Notes: generated by a model not told the origin, from the sequence alone. 64,000 nucleotides of DNA from an uncultured delta proteobacterium (GCA_963743305.1 CAVUPH010000006.1:160001-224000); one strand, 5' to 3'. Positions 7,676 through 16,841 are shown, numbered from the stretch's first letter. Made by a program: numbers and translations.

Positions 7676-10000
7676 ATGAAAGGCTTCACACGAATTCTGG
7701 CGTTTTTGACCTTGCTTTTAACATCGCTCTATTCAGGCAACGCCTTCCCCGATCCCGGAGAACACGAGGACCGGACGCTCTCTCCCTTTTTCTTCATCAA
7801 AAGCGACAACCCGCGGGTAGATCAATTGCCGCTGAAATCCACTTCGGCTAAGGTGAACATCTCCGGGGTCATGGCGGATGTTTTGGTCACCCAGATCTAT
7901 AAAAATGAAGGCCGAAAACCCCTGGAGGCCATCTATATCTTTCCGGCCTCCACTCGGGCGGCGGTCTATGGTCTGAAAATGACCATCGGGAAACGGGTCA
8001 TCGAGGCCCGGATCCAAAAAAGAGCCGAGGCCCGGCGGACCTATGAACAGGCCCGGGAGCAGGGGAAAACAGCCTCTCTTCTGGAACAGCAACGGCCCAA
8101 TGTCTTTCAGATGAATGTGGCCAATATCCTGCCGGGGGAAGCCATCCAGGTGGAATTGAACTATACGGAATTGTTGGTGCCGACGGACCGGGTTTATGAA
8201 TTCGTGTATCCCACGGTGGTCGGGCCGCGTTATTCCAACCAGCCGACCGAGAAGGCCCCGCCCTCGGAGCATTGGGTGAAAAACCCTTATCTTCACCAGG
8301 GCGAAAATCCGCCTTATGCTTTTGATCTCTCCGTCAACCTGGCGGCCGGCATGCCCATCGCAGATCTGTCTTGCCCCTCCCATAAGGTGGAGACCCATTT
8401 CCCCAACCCTACCCTGGCCAAAGTGGCGTTGGATCGCTCCGAGACCCGGGGCGGGGATCGGGATTTTATCCTGCGCTACCGTTTGGCCGGAGGGCGGATC
8501 CAATCCGGCCTGCTGCTCGCTGAAGGGGAGAAAGAAAACTTTTTCCTGCTGATGATGCAGCCTCCCAAGCGGGTGGTCAAGGAACAGATACCTGGACGGG
8601 AATATATTTTTATCGTCGATGTCTCCGGGTCCATGCACGGCTTTCCCCTGGAGATCTCCAAGACTTTGTTGAAAAATCTGATCGGCCGGCTGCGTCCGGC
8701 GGACCGCTTCAATGTCCTGCTCTTCTCCGGCGGGTCCTCGCTGTTGGCTGAACAGTCCCTCGCGGCCGGCCAGGAAAATATCGACCGGGCGATCCGGCTC
8801 ATCGACCGCCAGCAGGGGGGCGGCGGCACGGAGCTGCTGCCGGCCCTCAAGCGGGCACTCTCCCTGGAAAAGCCTGAGGGCTATTCGCGAACCCTGGTAA
8901 TCGCCACCGACGGCTATGTCACCGTGGAAGAAGAAGTCTTTGATCTGATCCGGAAGAATATCGGACAGGCCAACCTCTTTGCCTTTGGAATCGGCAGCAG
9001 CGTCAACCGTCACCTCATTGAAGGAATGGCCCACGTGGGGCTGGGAGAACCCTTTATTCTCACCCGCCCGGAAGAAGCCGCCTCCCGGGCTGAACGGTTT
9101 CGGGAAATGATCCAATCGCCGCTGCTGACCCGGATCAAGGTCGACTTCAATGGATTTTCAGTGGCCGATGTTGAACCCGCCGGGGTTCCCGACCTTTTTG
9201 CCGAACGCCCCATCATCCTTTTTGGCAAATGGCGCGGACAGCCTCGGGGAAAGATTACCTTAACCGGCCTTTCGGGAGAGGGTCCCTTTCGGGAGGTCAT
9301 CGAGGTGAAAGGAATCACTTCGCTGCCAACCAACCGGGCACTGCGCTACCTCTGGGCCCGACAGCGAATAACAATCTTGTCGGACTTTAACCAGCTTCGG
9401 TCCGACGACCGCCGCATCCGGGAGATAACCGAACTCGGACTCACCTACAACCTTTTAACCGCCTATACCTCTTTTATAGCCGTGGATACGCAAATCCGAA
9501 ACCAGGGCGGGACTTCCTCTACGGTCAAACAACCCCTCCCCCTGCCCCAAGGAGTTTCCGATTATGCCCTGGGCGGGACTGGAAAGGTGGCGGGATTGGC
9601 GCCGATCAGGCCATCCGCCCGATTCGCTCCGGCCGAGTCCGCCGACTCGTCCCCTTTGAAAAGGGCTTTATTGAAAAACGAAGAAAAGGATCAGAAAAAC
9701 GGATTTGCGATGGAAGAAGTCAGGGTGTCCGGAAATTTGGCCAAAGAGGAGGTCCTTCGGGCCATTGGGAAGCAAACTCGTGAAATAAAAAGCTGCTTCC
9801 CGAACGGTTCCCACCCGGAAAGAATTATGATGAAGCTGACAATTAACGCGGATGGAACCGTAAGGGCGGTAGATTTTTTCCCCAAGATCGATGCCGGTAC
9901 CAGAAAATGCATTCTGGAAAAAGCGAAAGGGTGGATTTGCCCAGCCACTCGGGACGGTCTCCAGGGGGAAGTGTCCATAACCCTTGCCCCGGGGGTCTGA
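7676..10000 (+). CDS. Exported VIT plus vWA domain protein with a TonB-C/AgmX-like C-terminal domain
   Basis: VIT region (EAIYIFP...LLEQQRPNVF), MIDAS motif DVSGSM, GGTEL, TDG and FAFGIG. AAGGAGG RBS. Confidence 0.85.
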   Translation: MKGFTRILAFLTLLLTSLYSGNAFPDPGEHEDRTLSPFFFIKSDNPRVDQLPLKSTSAKVNISGVMADVLVTQIYKNEGRKPLEAIYIFPASTRAAVYGLKMTIGKRVIEARIQKRAEARRTYEQAREQGKTASLLEQQRPNVFQMNVANILPGEAIQVELNYTELLVPTDRVYEFVYPTVVGPRYSNQPTEKAPPSEHWVKNPYLHQGENPPYAFDLSVNLAAGMPIADLSCPSHKVETHFPNPTLAKVALDRSETRGGDRDFILRYRLAGGRIQSGLLLAEGEKENFFLLMMQPPKRVVKEQIPGREYIFIVDVSGSMHGFPLEISKTLLKNLIGRLRPADRFNVLLFSGGSSLLAEQSLAAGQENIDRAIRLIDRQQGGGGTELLPALKRALSLEKPEGYSRTLVIATDGYVTVEEEVFDLIRKNIGQANLFAFGIGSSVNRHLIEGMAHVGLGEPFILTRPEEAASRAERFREMIQSPLLTRIKVDFNGFSVADVEPAGVPDLFAERPIILFGKWRGQPRGKITLTGLSGEGPFREVIEVKGITSLPTNRALRYLWARQRITILSDFNQLRSDDRRIREITELGLTYNLLTAYTSFIAVDTQIRNQGGTSSTVKQPLPLPQGVSDYALGGTGKVAGLAPIRPSARFAPAESADSSPLKRALLKNEEKDQKNGFAMEEVRVSGNLAKEEVLRAIGKQTREIKSCFPNGSHPERIMMKLTINADGTVRAVDFFPKIDAGTRKCILEKAKGWICPATRDGLQGEVSITLAPGV

Positions 10001-10005
10001 TAGCA

Positions 10006-10054
10006 AAAGGCCAGGGTTCATTGGCGCACCTTCGGCCCAGGAACCCTGGCCTTT
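10006..10054. terminator. Hairpin between convergent genes, probable terminator
   Basis: 14-bp arms AAAGGCCAGGGTTC / GAACCCTGGCCTTT just after the VIT gene stop. Confidence 0.6.
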
Positions 10055-10140
10055 CTTCTAGCTGTCTTAAATCCCCAAATCTGGGCCGGGGAATAAATTT
10101 AACGGGTCAAATTTCAAAATCCAAACGTTCTGGTTTAGGC

Positions 10141-10290
10141 CGGCGACGAGCCCTTCGACAAGACTTCGGCGAGCCCTTCGATTGACTCAGGGCCTTGAGC
10201 TAGCCGAAAGGCTCAGTCGAGTCGCTCAGGGCCTTGAGTTTGCCGAGAGGCTCGGCCGAGTCGATTTCGTGTTTCTTATTTCGAATTTAC
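10141..10290. repeat. REP-like GC-rich repeat cluster; related sequence at about 61680-61762
   Basis: Tandem CGAGCCCTTCGA (x2) and CTCAGGGCCTTGAG...GCCGARAGGCTC (x2). GTCGAGTCG/CGACTCGAC core shared with the 61.7 kb copy. Confidence 0.6.
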
Positions 10291-11500
10291 CGGTCCCCTT
10301 ACCCATAAAACCGGGTTTCCTCCCGAAAGATTTCTTTTCATACTCAAAACTCGGGACTGTTTTGCGGGCGATTCTTTTCTCATAATCGAATCCCGGGACT
10401 GTTTTGCGAGGTAAACGCTGGCCAAGGCTCTGCTCGATGGACCGGAACATTCTCTCTTCGTCCGGCGCAACGAGGGTGCAGGCATCGCCGGTGGCGTTGG
10501 CCCGCCCGGTCCGGCCGACCCGATGCACATAGTCTTCCGCCTGGCCCGGCACGTCAAAGTTGCAGACCAGCCCGATGGCTTCCACGTCAATGCCCCGGGC
10601 CGCGATGTCCGTGGCTACCAGGACCTGGAAGCGGCCCGCCTTGAAGCCGGCCAGGGCTTCGGTCCGTTGACCCTGGCTACGGTTGCCGTGAATCCGGCCG
10701 CAACGTACTCCCTTTTTTTCCAGGAAGTCGGCCAGACGATTGGCCCGGTGCTTGGTCCGGGTAAAGGCCAGGACGCTCTTCGGCTGGTCCTGCTTCAGGA
10801 GGGCCAGCAGGAGGTTCGATTTCATTTCCTGAGGTATAGTGTAGGCCACTTGGGTAATCCCGGCCGCCGACATGGGTTTCGGGGTGATGTTTAGAGAAAC
10901 CGGATCCTTCAGCATCTCGCGGGCCAGGGTTACTATGGGTGGCGGCAAGGTGGCCGAAAAGAAAAGGGTCTGCCTCTTAACCGGGAGGCCTCCGAGGATA
11001 CGCCGAATATCGGGCAGAAAGCCCATATCGAGCATCCGGTCCGCCTCGTCCAGCACCAGATGGGTAATACCGTCCAGGCGGGCGTAGTCACTCCGCATAT
11101 GGTCAAGGAGCCGACCCGGGGTGGCGATAATGGCATCCACCTTTCGGCGAAAAGCTTGTACCTGCGGAACGGGAGAGACACCCCCGTAAACCGCCATGGC
11201 CTTAAGCGAAGTATAGCGGGCCAGGTCCTGTAGGTGATCCGTTATCTGCACGGCCAGTTCCCGAGTGGGGACCAGGACCAAAACCCTGGTTTTCCCCCGG
11301 GGCTGCCCGATCAGTTGGTGGAGGATGGGGAGCAGGAAGGCGGCGGTTTTGCCGCTTCCGGTCACCGCCGTAGCCATGATATCCCGGCCTTGGAGCAGTG
11401 GGGGGATGGCCAGCCGCTGGATCGGGGTAGGTTGCTCGAATCCTTTTTTCGCAATGGCTTTCAATAGGTTATGGTTAAGTTCAAAAGCTGTAAATGACAT
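10226..11500 (-). CDS. DEAD-box RNA helicase (RhlE-like)
   Basis: Q motif PTPIQ, TGSGKT, PTRELA, TPGRLLD, LDEADRML, SAT, TDIAARGID and YVHRVGRTGR. Confidence 0.95.
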   Translation of the reverse strand: MSFTAFELNHNLLKAIAKKGFEQPTPIQRLAIPPLLQGRDIMATAVTGSGKTAAFLLPILHQLIGQPRGKTRVLVLVPTRELAVQITDHLQDLARYTSLKAMAVYGGVSPVPQVQAFRRKVDAIIATPGRLLDHMRSDYARLDGITHLVLDEADRMLDMGFLPDIRRILGGLPVKRQTLFFSATLPPPIVTLAREMLKDPVSLNITPKPMSAAGITQVAYTIPQEMKSNLLLALLKQDQPKSVLAFTRTKHRANRLADFLEKKGVRCGRIHGNRSQGQRTEALAGFKAGRFQVLVATDIAARGIDVEAIGLVCNFDVPGQAEDYVHRVGRTGRANATGDACTLVAPDEERMFRSIEQSLGQRLPRKTVPGFDYEKRIARKTVPSFEYEKKSFGRKPGFMGKGTGKFEIRNTKSTRPSLSANSRP

Positions 11501-11737
11501 AATTCTCCTTTTTCCACGGGCAATCTAGACCTGAACAGGCAGGTCCGGCCCGAGAGATTAATCCGGCTGGTTCATTTGGAAGTCGTGGGACTTTAAATAA
11601 GAAAAACGGAGGGATTGCCGGTGAAGCCGCCGTTCAGGCTCTGCTGTTCCACTTGGTCTTGCGAAGTGCGCCAAAGGCTAAAGGCTGACGGGTTAGGCTT
11701 CCGGAGCTTTAGGCAAGAACTGATTTATTAATTTTCT

Positions 11738-11766
11738 AAAATACAACAAGCCTGAGTAGATGTCAA
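11738..11766 (-). promoter_or_regulatory. Putative sigma70 promoter of the helicase
   Basis: Minus-strand TTGACA, 17-nt spacer, TATTTT. Confidence 0.5.
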
Positions 11767-11819
11767 GGTAAAACCGCTTTGCCGATCAGCGGGTCATTAT
11801 TGATGGCCCCATTTTTTAT

Positions 11820-11877
11820 AGGCAACTAATAAAAAAGGGTGGATCTATAAGGATCCACCCTTTTTTATTAGTTGCCT
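11820..11877. terminator. Long perfect hairpin, bidirectional rho-independent terminator
   Basis: 26-bp perfect inverted repeat AGGCAACTAATAAAAAAGGGTGGATC / GATCCACCCTTTTTTATTAGTTGCCT around a TATAAG loop. Confidence 0.85.
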
Positions 11878-11888
11878 TGGGAAAGGAA

Positions 11889-12173
11889 TTACTTCTTTTC
11901 CATCGGGGCTGCGGGGGCTTTCTCTTCAGCCGGCTTTTCAGCGGCCGGAGTAGCCTTCTTGACCTTCTTCTTCTTGGCCGGGGCCTTCTTCTTCTTGGCC
12001 GGGGCCTTCATTTCTCCTTCAGCCTTGGGCTCGGCAGCCGGCTTTTCAGCAGCAGCAGCGGGAGCGGCGGCGGCCGGAGCCGCTTTCTCAGCAGCCTTAT
12101 CGGCGGCGAAAGCAGCCATCGAGAAAGTCAAAGCAAAAGCCAAAACCGTCATTAAAGCGAATAACTTTTTCAT
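11889..12173 (-). CDS. Small exported Ala/Lys/Pro-rich low-complexity protein (Asr-like composition)
   Basis: GGAGG RBS, signal peptide MKKLFALMTVLAFALTFSMAAFA, then AAEK/APAKKKK repeats. Confidence 0.8.
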   Translation of the reverse strand: MKKLFALMTVLAFALTFSMAAFAADKAAEKAAPAAAAPAAAAEKPAAEPKAEGEMKAPAKKKKAPAKKKKVKKATPAAEKPAEEKAPAAPMEKK

Positions 12174-12257
12174 AGATTTCCACCTCCTTTCCTCTAAATT
12201 AAACTTTTTCATGAGCCGTGAAGCGCTATGAACGTTTTGTGTTTTGACCATATAGTA

Positions 12258-12274
12258 AGCAATCACTATGCCAA
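12258..12274 (-). promoter_or_regulatory. sigma54 (-24/-12) promoter
   Basis: Minus-strand TTGGCATAGTGATTGCT has the TGGCA-N6-TTGC spacing and lies about 85 nt upstream of the small protein. Confidence 0.75.
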
Positions 12275-12486
12275 ATTGGAAACAATAAATACTTATAGCT
12301 AAATCGACATCTTATCAAAGTGGTGGATTCAGACGAGTCTTCCGGGAAGGGCTATTTTTCTATTTTTTGGAATATTACCGATTTCTAATGAAATATTGTC
12401 TATATTTTGGAATCACCATTGCAAAAAATGATTGACGAGAATTAGAATAACCGGGAAGTATATTCACGAACACCGGTGAAAAGGAG

Positions 12487-13053
12487 GTGCCCATGTTATC
12501 CCTGGTAGTAGTCCTGGCCCTTTCAGGTCTAATCGTCCTTTCCATAATTGTGATCTACAATAAGTTGATCCGGCTCAAAAACACTGTCCAATCGTCCTGG
12601 TCGGATGTGGATGTCCAGTTAAAAAAACGGTACGACCTGGTGCAGAACCTGGTTGAAACCGTTAAAGGATACGCCGCCCATGAGAAATCGGTCTTTCAAA
12701 AAGTGACGGAAGCCCGCTCCCAAGCTATGCAGACCGCCGGCCCTACTGAAAAAGCTTTGGCTGAAACCCAGTTCCAGGCAACACTTAAAACCCTCTTTGC
12801 CCTAGCCGAGGCCTACCCGGATCTGAAGGCCAGTGCCAATTTTACCCAGTTGCAGTCCCAGCTTCAATCCCTGGAAGGCGATATTGAGAATGCGCGGCGT
12901 TACTACAATGCCGTCGTTCGGGATTACAACATCCTGATTGAGTCTTTTCCTTCCAACCTCGTCGCCTCCGGATTCAAGTTTGAAAAATCGGACTTTTTCG
13001 AATTGCAGTCGCCGGAAACGGAACGTCAACCGGTGAAAGTCGGCTTTTCGTAA
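12487..13053 (+). CDS. lemA: LemA family protein
   Basis: N-terminal TM helix, WSDVDVQLKKRYDL, LAEAYPDLKA and ARRYYN. Confidence 0.92.
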   Translation: MPMLSLVVVLALSGLIVLSIIVIYNKLIRLKNTVQSSWSDVDVQLKKRYDLVQNLVETVKGYAAHEKSVFQKVTEARSQAMQTAGPTEKALAETQFQATLKTLFALAEAYPDLKASANFTQLQSQLQSLEGDIENARRYYNAVVRDYNILIESFPSNLVASGFKFEKSDFFELQSPETERQPVKVGFS

Positions 13054-13321
13054 GGCTGCCGAATGGTAGGGCGTCATCACCGACACTGGGTTGTCGTTTC
13101 AATCTACCCAACCTACAGCTTCTACCAGGAACCGCCGGACTGGGATTCCTCCGGCGACGGTTTTGGCGGAGGAAGCTGGTAAGTTTCTTCCCGCCAAAAA
13201 TTGGCAGCCCCTCGTCAACTTTTTGCGCCGCCGTCCCTTCCGGCCCCTGGGGCCAATCCTTCCATCATTTTAACTAATTGATATAAATACAAATCTTATT
13301 TTATTAGACTGTCGGCCCAAG

Positions 13322-13338
13322 TTGGTACTGGTATTGCA
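13322..13338 (+). promoter_or_regulatory. sigma54 promoter upstream of the pilin
   Basis: TTGGTACTGGTATTGCA has the -24/-12 GG...GC spacing and an AT-rich tract upstream. Confidence 0.7.
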
Positions 13339-13546
13339 TTTACGAAAGGCAACAACCAACGGTCTAATACCTAACAGATAAATTGTAAAACCAAATGATA
13401 GAAGGGGGTGAGGGAAACAGGCAGCGCGTTCAGATCCATCAGGTTGGGGAGAGGGTCACTTTAATTGGTAAGCATGGTCAGCCCTTAAAGTCTTTAAAAA
13501 ATAAACCGATAAAACAATAAAAAATCATTCTAAGGAGGAACAAAAA

Positions 13547-13945
13547 ATGATCAAGCAATTAAACAAGAAGAGGAATCAAAAAGGTTTTACCCTGGTGGAA
13601 CTTTTGGTGGTAGTCGCCATCATCGGTATTCTGGCCGCCATTGCCATTCCGCAGTATAACCAGTACCGGAGCCGAGCATTTATCGCCTCAGCCAAATCGG
13701 ATGCCAAGAACCTCTTCACCGCCGTTCAGGCCTTTATCTCCGACAATCCGGGTGCTGCCCTGGTAGCCGATACCAGCACGAACGGCGCGGCCTACGCCAC
13801 GTATCTCTCGGCCGGCAGGACCAGCCCGTCAGTTACTTGCGCGGTTGATGCGAATGGGGTGGTCACGGCCACCACTACCAATGCCGGCGGGAGTTATATT
13901 ATCGATGCCAATGGTACGGTGACGAACACTCTGGCGCCTCATTAA
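13547..13945 (+). CDS. pilA: Type IVa pilin
   Basis: Basic leader, G|[24 protein letters not shown] cleavage and methylation motif, AAGGAGG RBS. Confidence 0.9.
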   Translation: MIKQLNKKRNQKGFTLVELLVVVAIIGILAAIAIPQYNQYRSRAFIASAKSDAKNLFTAVQAFISDNPGAALVADTSTNGAAYATYLSAGRTSPSVTCAVDANGVVTATTTNAGGSYIIDANGTVTNTLAPH

Positions 13946-13952
13946 TCGATTC

Positions 13953-14024
13953 ATGCCGGTCATAGCGGGCCTTTTCCACTCAATCGCTGCCGATGGTACG
14001 GTGGTGAGCACTTTGCCGCCCTGA
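13953..14024 (+). other. Diverged duplicate of the pilin 3' end (23-codon mini-ORF or remnant)
   Basis: Translates MPVIAGLFHSIAADGTVVSTLPP*, which parallels the pilin C-terminus [16 protein letters not shown]. Confidence 0.65.
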
Positions 14025-14037
14025 TAAAAAAACCTTC

Positions 14038-14073
14038 AAAAGTGCCCGGAGAATCTTCCCCGGGCACTTTTTT
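14038..14073 (+). terminator. Rho-independent terminator after the pilin locus
   Basis: AAAAGTGCCCGG...CCGGGCACTTTT followed by a T tract. Confidence 0.8.
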
Positions 14074-14139
14074 ATTTTACCTCCTTCACTTTCCTCCGGC
14101 TCTCGTCTTATAGAATTTTTTCGATCTTTTTCAAGGCGC

Positions 14140-14832
14140 TTATCCTTGATGTGTTGGCAAAAAGTCCAAAGAGACCTGTGATTGCGGCCCCGGACTTGAT
14201 CCGGAGGGAATGCAGATCCGCCACCTATGGTAACTATCTTCAATTGACTTAAACAGGGGATTGGCATTCATCAGTCGGATGATCAGATCAACGCTTCGAA
14301 ACAAATCCCCGGCCACAAAGAAGTTGCTGCCGGGGTCATCCCGTTGGAATATCTTCTTCAACGTTTCGCGGCCTTGCCCGGTTTGAACCAAAATGGTTCG
14401 GCAGCCCACCCCTTTCCCCGCCTCCAAATCCTTGAGGGTATCGCCCACAAAGACGCATTTTTTCAAATTCAAACGGTGCTCCCGGGCGGCCTGTTTCAAC
14501 AGGGCGGTCCCGGGCTTGCGGCACTCGCAGCCTTCATCCGGGCGGTGCGGGCAATAATAGATCCCGGCTATTTCTCCCCCGGCCCGGGCGACTTCCCGGG
14601 TCATCTTGCGGTGCAGGCTATCCAAGGCCTCCCGGGTGAGGATCCCCCGGTTGATTACCGATTGATTGGTGATGATCAGCACGGGTATTCCAGCCTCCCG
14701 CAAGGCGCGCAAGGCCGCCTTGACCCCGGGAATAAACCGGAATTCCTCCCAGCTTTTGACATAATCCGCCCGATCCCGGCAAATTACCCCGTCACGGTCT
14801 AAGAAAAGAACACGATTCATTTGGTCTATCAT
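14140..14832 (-). CDS. gmhB: D,D-heptose 1,7-bisphosphate phosphatase
   Basis: FLDRDGVI, ITNQS, YCPH...CECRKP and VGD motifs. The C-terminus runs into a repeat. Confidence 0.9.
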   Translation of the reverse strand: MIDQMNRVLFLDRDGVICRDRADYVKSWEEFRFIPGVKAALRALREAGIPVLIITNQSVINRGILTREALDSLHRKMTREVARAGGEIAGIYYCPHRPDEGCECRKPGTALLKQAAREHRLNLKKCVFVGDTLKDLEAGKGVGCRTILVQTGQGRETLKKIFQRDDPGSNFFVAGDLFRSVDLIIRLMNANPLFKSIEDSYHRWRICIPSGSSPGPQSQVSLDFLPTHQG

Positions 14833-14880
14833 TTTTCTTATTAAACCTCCATGCCCGGAGCGGACACCCTCGAAGTATGA

Positions 14881-15181
14881 AAATCCCCCCCCTTTGCCAA
14901 AGGGGGGAGTTAAATTCCCCCTTTAGCAAAGGGGGATTTAGGGGGATTTCAAAAGGGTTGGAATAACCACCGAATCTTCTATTTTCGTATTAAATGCAAC
15001 CTTTAATAAAAGCTGTATTTTCTTGACATCATGATACGTTCGGATAGTATTTTTTCCGGGTACTTTGGAATTAGTTTAACTTTTCCCCAATCTTTCAAAA
15101 ATCCCCCTACCCCCCCTTTATCAAAGTGGGGAACCCTACCATCAGACCCCTCCCTTCAATAAAGGGAGGTTGGGAGGGATT
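14881..15181. repeat. Two clusters of CCCCCTTT-N-AAAGGGGG palindromes; a third cluster at about 53701-53782
   Basis: Repeated hairpins ending GGGGGATTT or GGGAGGGATT at 14881-14949, 15100-15181 and 53701-53782. Confidence 0.7.
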
Positions 15182-15215
15182 TTTTGATTCATTCTTTCGA
15201 AAGGAACCTTGCCTT

Positions 15216-15866
15216 ATGGACTTATTTCAAGCCATCGAAAACCGCACCAGTTGCCGGGTCTTTTTGCCCGAGCCCGTTCCCAGGGAGTTAATCCGGGAGT
15301 TGCTCTCCTGGGCCGGGAAAGCCCCCTCGGCCATCAATGTCCAGCCCTGGGAATTCGTAGTGGTCACCGACCGGGAAAGAGATCGTCTGGTCCAGCGTCT
15401 TCTCCAGGCCCACCGGGAAAAGCAAGTTTCCTGCGGGGCCGGGACGTCTCGCCCTCTTCCGGAGCCCTGGATCGGTCGCCAGCGCCGGCTTTTTGCCGGG
15501 ATGAAACCTGTCGCCGAACAGCTTTCCCTGGATTTGAATCACTTCATCGGCGAGGGGAGCTGCCGCTTTTACGAAGCGCCGGCGGTGCTGCTGGTTTTTC
15601 TAGACCGTCTCTTCCCCGCTTCCCGGATGGTCTGCGTGGGGATGGCCCTGGGCTATTTCCTGCTGGCCGCTCAGGCCAAAGGCCTGGGTACCTGCCCGAT
15701 CGGGTTGATCAACGCTTATGAAGAAGAAATCAAAGAACAGCTCAACGTCCCGGAGGAGAAACAAATGCTCCTGGGAATTGCTTTGGGCTACCGGGATCCC
15801 CAATCCCCTCTGAACCAATTTAAATCCGATCGGGATGATATGGAAAAAATGATTCGTTGGATTTAA
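15216..15866 (+). CDS. Nitroreductase family protein
   Basis: AIENRTSCRVF, APSAINVQPW, AQAKGLGTC and IALGY. The ORF-track extension upstream is repeat DNA. Confidence 0.9.
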   Translation: MDLFQAIENRTSCRVFLPEPVPRELIRELLSWAGKAPSAINVQPWEFVVVTDRERDRLVQRLLQAHREKQVSCGAGTSRPLPEPWIGRQRRLFAGMKPVAEQLSLDLNHFIGEGSCRFYEAPAVLLVFLDRLFPASRMVCVGMALGYFLLAAQAKGLGTCPIGLINAYEEEIKEQLNVPEEKQMLLGIALGYRDPQSPLNQFKSDRDDMEKMIRWI

Positions 15867-15961
15867 TTTGGAAAAAATAATTCCATTCGGTCTTCGGCCT
15901 GGGGTCCATCTTTAATATAGCTGTGTCCCTCACGGTCTTAGAGGGCGTAATCCTGAAAAAT

Positions 15962-16110
15962 TTAACTTCGAACATCGAACGTCCAACATCGAACATCGAA
16001 TGTTTATTGGAAAAAGATGAAGAAACAGGAATAGGCGCAGAGTGTCCGGCAATGGAGGTTTGTTTTTCATTCGAAGTTGGACGTTCGATGTTCGAAGTTC
16101 GACGTTCATT
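15962..16110. repeat. Inverted heptamer-array element (AACATCG)n...(CGATGTT)n; second copy at 20970-21237
   Basis: AACATCGAACGTCCAACATCGAACATCGAA facing TTCGAAGTTGGACGTTCGATGTTCGAAGTT. Confidence 0.8.
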
Positions 16111-16172
16111 GGTTTTGCCAAATTGGGTTCCCGCCCCGAGCCTGGGAGTTTAATGCGAAATCTGTAATTCCT

Positions 16173-16841
16173 TCACTTCAACGCCTTGACCTCCTGATCC
16201 AGCCGGGCAAAAAATCGGACCATAAAAAGGTGCCGGCTTTCAGCCAGGGCCTTCCCGGTCCGGGTTTGCATGCGATCCTTGACTTTCCTCAGTTTTACCT
16301 GAAATTCTCTGAAGGCGGTATCCTCCCAACTGTAGGAAACGGTCAGGGAAAGGTCTTTATGGGCATTGTGCAGCCTGGCCCCTACTTCCCCGGCAAACAA
16401 AAAGGCCCGTCCCACGCCCACGGCCCCGAGGGAGTCCAGCTTATCCGCATCAAAGAGGATCCGGGCTTCCAGACTGTCCGGGGGATGATTCCCTCTGAAG
16501 CGGTGGCTGCGAATACAGTGAATCACCGCCCGCCGGGTACCGGGGGAAAGGTTAAGGGGAGTCAGGATTTCAGCGGCTTTGCGGGCGCCGACCCGGGCAT
16601 GACAGACCTTCCCCTTAGAGGCCTTCTCCTCCTGCCGCCCGATATCGTGCAGCAGGGCGGCCAATCCCAGTATGGTCAAATCGGCCTTTTCTTTCCGGCC
16701 GATCTTCTGGCACAATTCATAAACCCGCCGCACATGGTCCCAACCGTGGCTGCCTGGACCTTGTCCAACGGCCTTCCGGGCAATTTCTTTTATGATGTTC
16801 CAGTCCGCCTCCGCGAGCCGGATCTTGGTCAAACGGTGCAT
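16173..16841 (-). CDS. HD-domain phosphohydrolase
   Basis: SHGWDHVRRV, LLHDIGR, HARVGA, SHRF and DADKLD. Confidence 0.88.
   Translation of the reverse strand: MHRLTKIRLAEADWNIIKEIARKAVGQGPGSHGWDHVRRVYELCQKIGRKEKADLTILGLAALLHDIGRQEEKASKGKVCHARVGARKAAEILTPLNLSPGTRRAVIHCIRSHRFRGNHPPDSLEARILFDADKLDSLGAVGVGRAFLFAGEVGARLHNAHKDLSLTVSYSWEDTAFREFQVKLRKVKDRMQTRTGKALAESRHLFMVRFFARLDQEVKALK

Noticed and set aside
5024-9115. Long antisense ORFs (5024-6253, 7733-9115; likewise 58843-59811 and 47940-48725)
   Set aside because: They are shadows of well-supported genes in GC-rich DNA and have no motifs or RBS.
9990-10003. TGA ending the VIT protein as Sec
   Set aside because: It is followed immediately by TAG and a terminator-like hairpin.
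15962-16110. Heptamer arrays or other repeats as a CRISPR array
   Set aside because: There is no constant repeat with unique spacers and no cas genes; the units are contiguous and inverted.
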